DNA from: Candidatus Giovannonibacteria bacterium RIFCSPHIGHO2_12_FULL_44_22
GTDB lineage: Bacteria > Patescibacteriota > Minisyncoccia > UBA11713 > 2-01-FULL-45-33
Reading direction: 5' to 3'
Assembly (NCBI GenBank): GCA_001778695.1
Contig: MFHU01000004.1
Coordinates: 210 to 64,209, forward strand
Length of the DNA: 64,000 nucleotides
Shown: piece after piece, positions 40,627 to 47,758 of the stretch
Numbering within the stretch: position 1 is the stretch's first letter
Layout: every line of letters starts with the position of its first letter
Translations under genes and position numbers: made by a program
Notes under the pieces: generated by a model
What the model was told of the DNA's origin: nothing
What the model saw: the letters and a program-made list of their open reading frames with translations, nothing else
The model's database searches: none

Positions 40627-41328
40627 ATGCCTATCTTGGAAGTAAAAAATTTAAAAGTGCGCCTTGCCGACCAAATTGTTTTGGAAAACACCGATTTTGT
40701 TTTAGGAAAAGGCGACACCTTAGCCGTCATTGGCCCCAATGGTTCCGGCAAAACCACATTGCTCCGCGCCATTTTAGGAGCGCTATCTTATGAGGGCGAA
40801 ATTATACTTGCTCCCGAAACGCGCATAGGATACGTGCCCCAAAAAATTGATTTGGAAAGGGATTTGCCCATCACCGTCCAAGAATTTCTTCTGCTTAAAT
40901 CAATGCAAGGCGAATCCTCGGCCTACTCTCCGCGCCAAGCTTTGGAGCTGGTGAACCTTTCGGCGGATTTTTTAAAAAAAAGAATCGGAGAACTTTCCGC
41001 CGGCGAGTTTCAGCGCGCGCTGATTGCATGGGCTGTGATTGACCGACCGAATCTTTTGCTTTTTGACGAGCCCACGGCTAGCGTGGACGTGGCTGGGCAA
41101 GAAACAGTCTACGAGCTATTGCACCGGCTTCATGATAAATACGATCTCACTTTGATTTTGATTTCACACGACCTTACCGTGGTTTATCGCTACGCAAATA
41201 AAGTGCTTTGCTTAAATCGCGCCCAGGTTTGCTTCGGCGCGCCCAGCGAAGTTTTAACTCCGCAGGAATTGGAAAAACTTTACGGCGGGGGACATAAATT
41301 TTATCATCATACTCACGAAAAAACTTAA
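40627..41328 (+). CDS. Metal (Zn/Mn) ABC transporter ATPase
   Basis: GPNGSGKTT, LSAGE.QR, DEPT, His-rich tail. Confidence 0.9.
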   Translation: MPILEVKNLKVRLADQIVLENTDFVLGKGDTLAVIGPNGSGKTTLLRAILGALSYEGEIILAPETRIGYVPQKIDLERDLPITVQEFLLLKSMQGESSAYSPRQALELVNLSADFLKKRIGELSAGEFQRALIAWAVIDRPNLLLFDEPTASVDVAGQETVYELLHRLHDKYDLTLILISHDLTVVYRYANKVLCLNRAQVCFGAPSEVLTPQELEKLYGGGHKFYHHTHEKT

Positions 41329-41333
41329 AATAT

Positions 41334-42098
41334 ATGGATGCAAATTTATTAAAAATTTTTATCGCAGCTGGCTTGATTGCCGCTTCGGGCGGCATGCTGG
41401 GATCTTTGGCGCTTTTAAGGCGCATGGCTTTGGTTGGGGACGCGCTTTCCCACGTGGCACTTCCGGGTGTGGCTTTGGGGATTTTATTTCATTTTAATCC
41501 ATTTTTGGGCGCTTTAATTTTTCTGGTTTTTGGCACCTTTGTGATTTGGGCGGTGGAGCATAAAACAAAACTGCCAGTGGACACTTTAGTTGGCGTAATG
41601 TTTACTCTGGCTTTGGCAGTGGGGGCTTTACTTACCCCCAAAGAAGATATTTTAGATGCCTTGTTTGGGGATATTTCCAACATCAGTTCGTTGGATTTTT
41701 GGCTGGCTTCTATTACCTCAATCGTGATCATTATTTTGCTTTTGATGTTTTATAAAAAATTCACGCTGTCTTTAATTTCTCCCGACCTAGCCTTGGCGGC
41801 GGGACAAAAACCGCATATGCTTGAGCTTTTATTTCTTATGATTTTCGCTTTCGCCGTGGCTGTGGGTATAAAATTTACAGGCGCGCTTCTTATGGGCTCG
41901 CTTATCATTATTCCCGCGGCGACCTCCAGGAATATTTCCAAAAGCATGAACCAATACCTAACGCTTTCCGCTCTTTTGGGCGTTTTGGGAGCGGTTTTAG
42001 GGGTTTTGGTTTCCTATTTTTACGGATTCTCTCCCGGCCCTACTTTTGTCCTTTTCTCCGGCGCCATTTTTTTTATTTCAATCTTTTTCAGGAGATGA
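41334..42098 (+). CDS. Metal ABC transporter permease (ZnuB-like)
   Basis: GDALSHVALPG, LFGDI. Confidence 0.92.
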   Translation: MDANLLKIFIAAGLIAASGGMLGSLALLRRMALVGDALSHVALPGVALGILFHFNPFLGALIFLVFGTFVIWAVEHKTKLPVDTLVGVMFTLALAVGALLTPKEDILDALFGDISNISSLDFWLASITSIVIIILLLMFYKKFTLSLISPDLALAAGQKPHMLELLFLMIFAFAVAVGIKFTGALLMGSLIIIPAATSRNISKSMNQYLTLSALLGVLGAVLGVLVSYFYGFSPGPTFVLFSGAIFFISIFFRR

Positions 42099-42124
42099 AA
42101 AAGCCCTCACGGATGTGGGGCTTT
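42098..42124. terminator. Probably bidirectional terminator
   Basis: AAAAAGCCCTCAC-GGAT-GTGGGGCTTT between convergent ORFs. Confidence 0.6.
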
Positions 42125-42280
42125 GTTTCGATTGACTCGCCCTTTTTTAGGCAGAGCAGTTCGGGCTTTCACCAATTGAGGGTTAAGCAAGCGACGAATA
42201 CGTGGAGTCATTATCAATCTCTGGTGCTGATATTGGTTCCCGCTCATCCCCATATCCATACTCATGCCGTGTTTACTCAT
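42107..42280 (-). CDS. Small basic hypothetical protein (57 aa, MSKHGMSMDMGMSGNQYQHQRLIMTPRIRRLL...)
   Basis: Hand-translated; AGGAGG 8 nt upstream, TGCTAATAT -10 box, terminator at its end. Confidence 0.55.
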   Translation of the reverse strand: MSKHGMSMDMGMSGNQYQHQRLIMTPRIRRLLNPQLVKARTALPKKGRVNRNKAPHP

Positions 42281-42314
42281 TATTCATTCCTCCTATTTTG
42301 ATATTAGCACCTTG

Positions 42315-43361
42315 TTAAATATTGTAAAGCTGCTTTAAACTATCGGAATGCATCTCATAAAAATTATTAAGAGTCGTTACGCTTGAATTTGCAGCCATCC
42401 AAGCCGCTACTGCAAAATTAAATTTCGCATCTTTTTTATTTTTTTCTTTCAAAACATTTTTTTCTACAAATGCTTCCAAATGTGCTGGATATTTTCTTAA
42501 TGTTTCATCGAGATATTTTTCTTCGCCAGTCATTTCATAAAGCCGGAAAAGGTATCGAGAATCACCACCGCCGATTTCTATATATTGTTTATAAGAATCT
42601 TTTTTAAGATCTTCGTCCTTCATTTCTTGAGCGATGCCCCATAATAAAGAATATGCTTCTCGATTTTCAGACCAAAGTTTTAAAGCTTTGGCGCATAGTT
42701 CTTTTAAATATGCCCTATCATATTTTCTTGATACAAGAATATCTCTAGCTTGTTGCAAATAAATATGGCTTGCTAAAGCTTCGAATGTCGCCGGAATTCT
42801 TGATTCGGCTTCAGGCGACCATCTAGGATTTTCTTCTATGTCATCTAAATTTGTGGTTTCAAATGTTTTCCTGTCTAGAATAAGATTCGGGTGTTGAATT
42901 GGCATAAAGCGATAAAGCGGATGCTCGGCTTGGTCGCTTATTTTTGGAAGCATTGGTTTATCATAATCAAAATGATCGCCTCGCAAAAGCTCTTCAAAGA
43001 TTTCTTTCTCTTTCTCAAACACCGCGTCTTTCGGAGTTGTAATAATTTCATATTGCGGCTTGAATCCGCGCTCATAAAGAAGGGAACCGATCATTAGGCT
43101 AAGGCCAAGGCAATTCCCGCTTTTTTCGCGAATCATATCCTGCAGTTTGAAAACGCGCTCGTCGTAAACGAAGCCGGTTTTTATAAGAAAATGCCTAATA
43201 GCTACCGCGGCTTGAAATGCGTCTTGGGGTAGCTCTGGCAAATCTTTAAAATATTCTTGTGTTTTTTCTATATCCGAAACGTTAGCTCCGGATACTTCTT
43301 GGAATAACTGATAGTATTTATTCTTTTCACCAATTGGTTTGTTTTCTAGATTTTCCATCAT
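42315..43361 (-). CDS. Hypothetical protein, transglutaminase-like N-terminus plus helical repeats
   Basis: 348-aa ORF with SGNCLGLS motif and downstream His. Confidence 0.65.
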   Translation of the reverse strand: MMENLENKPIGEKNKYYQLFQEVSGANVSDIEKTQEYFKDLPELPQDAFQAAVAIRHFLIKTGFVYDERVFKLQDMIREKSGNCLGLSLMIGSLLYERGFKPQYEIITTPKDAVFEKEKEIFEELLRGDHFDYDKPMLPKISDQAEHPLYRFMPIQHPNLILDRKTFETTNLDDIEENPRWSPEAESRIPATFEALASHIYLQQARDILVSRKYDRAYLKELCAKALKLWSENREAYSLLWGIAQEMKDEDLKKDSYKQYIEIGGGDSRYLFRLYEMTGEEKYLDETLRKYPAHLEAFVEKNVLKEKNKKDAKFNFAVAAWMAANSSVTTLNNFYEMHSDSLKQLYNI

Positions 43362-43389
43362 ATTTTACTTCAAATCAATGCATTTTGGA

Positions 43390-43734
43390 TTACCGCGTTT
43401 CTTTCACTATATGTTGAAAAACCGCGGGATATTTTTCGGCGAGTTCGGCGAGCATTTTGCGGTTGATTTCCACGCCGGATTTTTTTAGTTGAAATATCAG
43501 CTTGCTGTAAGATAATCCATTCTCGCGCGAGGCAGCGTTTATTTTTATATTCCAAAGTTTTCGGAAATTTCTTTTCTTTTTTCTGCGGTCGTGGAAAGCG
43601 TGCACGCCAGCGTGGAGCAACGCCTCTTTAGCGGCGCGCTCTTTGGATTTTCTTTGCCACCTAAAACCCTTGGTTTGCCCAAGAACTTTATGCCGCCTTT
43701 TTAACGCGATTTTAGCCCGTTTAACTCTGGTCAT
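43390..43734 (-). CDS. rplT: 50S ribosomal protein L20
   Basis: MTRVKR, FRKLW..KINA, NRKMLAELA. Confidence 0.97.
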   Translation of the reverse strand: MTRVKRAKIALKRRHKVLGQTKGFRWQRKSKERAAKEALLHAGVHAFHDRRKKKRNFRKLWNIKINAASRENGLSYSKLIFQLKKSGVEINRKMLAELAEKYPAVFQHIVKETR

Positions 43735-43735
43735 A

Positions 43736-43924
43736 TCAGTGTTTTAAATAAGCGATAATCATGCGCTTTTGGATTTGGCTCAAATCCGAGGCACGCTTTT
43801 TTGGAAGCTGTTTCTCGCGGCTTTTTTTTGCTTGAAAGTGGTTGATGCCGCTTCCGTGTTTTAAAATTTTTCCGGAAGAGGTAATGCGCATTCTTTTTAA
43901 TATTGATTTTCTTGTTTTTGCCAT
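43736..43924 (-). CDS. rpmI: 50S ribosomal protein L35
   Basis: KT.KS..KR..IT.SGK; lies between infC and rplT. Confidence 0.9.
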   Translation of the reverse strand: MAKTRKSILKRMRITSSGKILKHGSGINHFQAKKSREKQLPKKRASDLSQIQKRMIIAYLKH

Positions 43925-43940
43925 TGGTCTGAATAATGTA

Positions 43941-44447
43941 TCATTTTTTAGGCCCGATAGTCAAGGAGAGCCCCCGAGGTCCCTTTTTGATTACGTCTTT
44001 TTCAAAACCGTGCGAGATAATGCTCAAAACGCGCTCAATACGGCCCTCCAAAAATTTTCTGTCCAAATATTTTTCCCGCCCCCGCAAAGCAAGATCTATT
44101 TTTATTTTATTGCCCTCTTTTAAAAATTCGTCGGCTTGCTGGGCTTTCATTTCCAGATCGTGCGGAGACGTTCCGATGCCGATGCGCACGCTTTTTATTT
44201 CAACATCTTTTTGTTTTTTAGCAGCAGCCCTCCGCTTTTTTTCCTGCTCGTAAAAATATTTCCCGCGGTCCATTATTTTGGCCACGGGGGGATTTGCGGC
44301 GGGGGAAATTTCTATAAGGTCCATCCCGACCTCGCGGGCGAGCCGCAGGGCTTCCTCCGTAGCCAAAACTCCGAGGTTTTTCCCCTCTTGGTCTATTACC
44401 CGCAATTCCCGCGCGCTTATTTGATTATTGATTCTTGATCGTTGGAT
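43941..44447 (-). CDS. infC: Translation initiation factor IF-3, probable ATC start
   Basis: RINNQI.A.ELRVI, DL.EISP.A.PPV.KIMD.GKY; in-frame ATC at 44447 and no ATG. Confidence 0.93.
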   Translation of the reverse strand: MQRSRINNQISARELRVIDQEGKNLGVLATEEALRLAREVGMDLIEISPAANPPVAKIMDRGKYFYEQEKKRRAAAKKQKDVEIKSVRIGIGTSPHDLEMKAQQADEFLKEGNKIKIDLALRGREKYLDRKFLEGRIERVLSIISHGFEKDVIKKGPRGLSLTIGPKK

Positions 44448-44492
44448 AGGATTATCTTAGCAGATTTCACGCGCTTTGGCTATACTTAGCTT

Positions 44493-44939
44493 ATGGCAAC
44501 CTTGGCGGAAAATAGGAAAGCGAGATTTGAGTTTGAGATAATGGAAGCTTTTGAAGCGGGGCTGGAGCTTTTTGGTTTTGAAGTGAAAGCAATAAAATCG
44601 CGCAAGATGAGTTTGGAGGGTTCCTATGTTTTTCCGCGTCTAGGCGAATTTTATTTAGTTGGAGCGACCGTTGCGCCGTATCAGCCGAAAAATACGCCCA
44701 AGGATTATGACCAGGCACGCGAGCGCCGGCTATTATTGCATAAAAAAGAGATAGATTATTTAATTGGCAAGGCCGCCGCCAGAAGCTTGACGATATTGCC
44801 CCTTCGGGTATATACTAAGGGTTCTATAATTAAGCTGGAAATCGCGGTTGCCCGAAGGTTGAAACAACGCGACCAAAGAGCGAAAATTATGGAAAGGGAA
44901 GACAAAAGAAAAATTGAGAGAACATTGAAAGAAATTTAA
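44493..44939 (+). CDS. smpB: SsrA-binding protein
   Basis: NRKA.F.F...EAGL.L.G.EVK, R.LLLHK.EI. Confidence 0.96.
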   Translation: MATLAENRKARFEFEIMEAFEAGLELFGFEVKAIKSRKMSLEGSYVFPRLGEFYLVGATVAPYQPKNTPKDYDQARERRLLLHKKEIDYLIGKAAARSLTILPLRVYTKGSIIKLEIAVARRLKQRDQRAKIMEREDKRKIERTLKEI

Positions 44940-45281
44940 GGGGATGATCGGCCTCGAGGGAGAGCGATTGATCATGCGTTCAGGCACCCCGCCAGGGCGG
45001 GGTTAAATCTCACCCCTGGGAAATCAATAAGTGCAAACTTATTTTCTAAAGTAACCGCTGCTTTTGGCGCTTTGCGTCCAATGCAGTTGGCAACTTCTTA
45101 CGCTTAACCGCGTAGGCATCCGTCCTTGATTCTCGCTAAAGGGTCGCGGGTGTTATAAGCGAGAAAAACTCTATCAAGAGTATAACTTGAAAAAATTTTT
45201 CCCGAGAGCAATCGAGGGAATAAGCCTGTAAACCGTAGATCATGATTTTTTCCGACCCGGGTTCAATTCCCGGCATCTCCA
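44940..45281 (+). ncRNA. ssrA: tmRNA; tag ANLFSKVTAAFGALRPMQLATSYA* (45033-45107)
   Basis: GGGGATG/CATCTCC acceptor stem with G3-U, discriminator A, GGGTTCAATTCCC T-arm; abuts smpB. Confidence 0.93.
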
Positions 45282-45312
45282 CATCTTGGGTTTTTTAAGC
45301 TAAAGTTAACTT

Positions 45313-46914
45313 ATGTTTCGCGCCGAAATTAAGGAAGAGATAAAAAAGATTGTTAAAAAAATTTTTCTCGCCCAAGGCGGGCCAACCTTAGGCTGGTCGG
45401 TTGAAAGAAGTGAATCCGCCAGCTGGCGGACGGAGCATGGAGATTATTCCAGCAACGCGGCTCTGGTTTTAGCAAAAAGAGAGACGAAAAATCCTAGAGA
45501 AGTTGCGGAGGAAATTAAACAACAGTTACTTAGACGTCCGACATCTAAGTCCGAGAAGACGTTCGACGTCTTGAAATTTATCGAGCGGGTTGAAATCGCA
45601 GGACCGGGATTTTTGAATTTTTTTATTTCGCGCTCCGCGCTAACCGCAGAGCTCCAAGGTATTTTAAAAAATAAGAAATCTATTTTTAAATCCAATAATG
45701 ATAAATTGCGAATAAATCTTGAATTTGTTTCGGCAAACCCAACTGGACCGTTAACCATGGCCAATAGCAGAGGCGGTTTTTACGGCGACGCGCTGGCAAA
45801 TATTTTAAAGGCGGTTGGCCACAAGGTCACGCGAGAATATTTTATTAATGACGCAGGCAACCAAATAAAACTTTTGGGCGAAAGTATTTTAGCGGCTGAA
45901 GGCAATCTGCCAGCTGGCGGACCCGTAAAAGAAGAATATTATAAGGGCGCGTATATAAAAAAATTAAAAGGCAAGACCGCGGACGAGGCTGTAAAAATTT
46001 TGCTTTCTGGAATCAAAAAGTCTTTAAAAAAAGCAGGAATAAAATTTGATGTTTGGTTTTCGGAAGAAAAGAATTTGCGAAAAAAAGGGGAACTAAAAAA
46101 AGTTTTAGAGCTTTTAAATAAAAAAAAGTTATTAAAAGAGAGGGGGGGAGCGTTATGGCTTGGGGATGCCGTAGCTGTCAAATCAAATCAGGAATATACT
46201 TATTTTTTGGCGGATTTGGCGTACCACTATGATAAATTTATAAAAAGAAAATTTGATTTGGTTATTAATATTTGGGGAGCGGATCACCATGGCTATGTCG
46301 CGCGGATGCAAAAAGGAGCCGAAGCTCTAAGCGTTAATCCGGCGCGCCTTAAAATTATTATTATGCAGTTGGTGCGCTTGATAAGCCAGGGAAAAGAAGT
46401 AAAAATGTCCAAGCGCGCTGGGGAATTCATAACTTTGGACGATTTATTAAAAGAAGTTGGGCTTGACGCCGCTCGTTGGTTTTTTTTAGAGCGCTCGCCG
46501 GACACCCATATGGATTTTGATTTGGATTTGGCGAAAGAGCGTTCTAAAAAAAATCCGGTTTATTACGTCCAGTACGCGCACGCGAGAGCATGCAGTATTT
46601 TACGAAAAGGCAAGGCGGGGAAAAAGCCCAATCTTCAATTATTAATTCAACCAGAAGAATTTACTCTCATCAAAAAAATTCTGCAACTTTCTGAAATTAT
46701 TGAAGATATCACTGGCGATTTTCAGGTTCATCGGCTTACCCGCTATGTCTATGAGCTTGCGCAGGCCTTTACGAATTTTTATGAAAAACAACATGTAATT
46801 GATAAAGAAAATAAAGAGCTAACACAAGCCCGCTTAGCATTAGTTTCGGCAACGCAAAAAACCATAAAAAACGGTCTGAATCTTCTGGGTATTTCCGCTC
46901 CGGAGAAAATGTGA
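45313..46914 (+). CDS. argS: Arginine--tRNA ligase
   Basis: HGDY.SN, EFVSANPTGP, WGADH, MSKRAG, YVQYAHAR. Confidence 0.97.
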   Translation: MFRAEIKEEIKKIVKKIFLAQGGPTLGWSVERSESASWRTEHGDYSSNAALVLAKRETKNPREVAEEIKQQLLRRPTSKSEKTFDVLKFIERVEIAGPGFLNFFISRSALTAELQGILKNKKSIFKSNNDKLRINLEFVSANPTGPLTMANSRGGFYGDALANILKAVGHKVTREYFINDAGNQIKLLGESILAAEGNLPAGGPVKEEYYKGAYIKKLKGKTADEAVKILLSGIKKSLKKAGIKFDVWFSEEKNLRKKGELKKVLELLNKKKLLKERGGALWLGDAVAVKSNQEYTYFLADLAYHYDKFIKRKFDLVINIWGADHHGYVARMQKGAEALSVNPARLKIIIMQLVRLISQGKEVKMSKRAGEFITLDDLLKEVGLDAARWFFLERSPDTHMDFDLDLAKERSKKNPVYYVQYAHARACSILRKGKAGKKPNLQLLIQPEEFTLIKKILQLSEIIEDITGDFQVHRLTRYVYELAQAFTNFYEKQHVIDKENKELTQARLALVSATQKTIKNGLNLLGISAPEKM

Positions 46915-46959
46915 TAGATTTGAGTTAGATAAAAAGATACACAAAGAGAGGAGGCTGTT

Positions 46960-47613
46960 ATGCAAAAATATATCGCAATTGCTTTTTTATTTTTTCTTTG
47001 GTCATTTTCAATCGGGCTTGCCCAAGATAGGCCGGCGGAATTCAAAGAATTCGAGGAAATAGTTTCATGGGTTCTTAGATTTTCTGATGGATACGCGATT
47101 CCTAATCAAAGGCAAGCATGGATTAAGCAAGCAGAACGATATGAAGCTTTTGCTGCAAAATATCCGAAATCACCGCTTGTCGCTGAAGCAAAACTGCAGG
47201 CAGCTTCCATTTACCGGACGATAGAAACTCCGGAAGTCGGCGATTTGCGCATAGAAGCGGAAAATTGCGTCGCCAGAGCTCCCAGAAAAACATACATAGA
47301 GATTTGCGAAATTCTGTTTAATTTGAAAATTCGCGGGATGGAAAAAGATAAATTTTTCTTAGACAAGGCCAACAAAATGTTCTTGGAAATTGCGGAAAAA
47401 TTTGGGCACGAGAAAAGATATGTAATGTCCAGTCAACGCGCGGGCCGCTTCGAATTTGTGGATGAAGACGTTGGCGCTTACGCCCTTATGATATTTGTGG
47501 AGAGTATTTCTGACAAGCAAACACATCGTAGTTTGATGAGTATAATTTTGAAGCATTTCAAAATAAATGATCAAATTAAAGAAGCCCTTGAGAGTTATTT
47601 GAAAAACAATTAA
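46960..47613 (+). CDS. Secreted hypothetical protein
   Basis: N-terminal signal peptide, F..KYP.S...AEA motif, AGGAGG SD, terminator. Confidence 0.72.
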   Translation: MQKYIAIAFLFFLWSFSIGLAQDRPAEFKEFEEIVSWVLRFSDGYAIPNQRQAWIKQAERYEAFAAKYPKSPLVAEAKLQAASIYRTIETPEVGDLRIEAENCVARAPRKTYIEICEILFNLKIRGMEKDKFFLDKANKMFLEIAEKFGHEKRYVMSSQRAGRFEFVDEDVGAYALMIFVESISDKQTHRSLMSIILKHFKINDQIKEALESYLKNN

Positions 47614-47646
47614 CATTTTTCCGTGGTTTGCGCGGAAAAAGACTGC

Positions 47647-47673
47647 CCCGCCTTTCATTAGGCGGGTTTTTTT
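47647..47673 (+). terminator. Intrinsic terminator
   Basis: CCCGCCT-TTCATT-AGGCGGG followed by T7. Confidence 0.8.
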
Positions 47674-47690
47674 GTTATACTTTTTTTATA

Positions 47691-47757
47691 CCAGGCAGTG
47701 AAACTTCGCGTTGCTGCTTGGCAGTTATTAAACTTAACGCGAAGTTCTACTACCTGG
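47691..47757 (+). repeat. Start-codon hairpin element, copy 5 (67 bp, before ileS)
   Basis: TATA-CCAGGCAGTGAAACTTCGCGTT...AACGCGAAGTTCTACTACCTGG-TATG. Confidence 0.9.
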
Positions 47758-47758
47758 T

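Noticed and set aside
44405-44447. Non-AUG start of infC
   Set aside because: Established autoregulatory feature of infC
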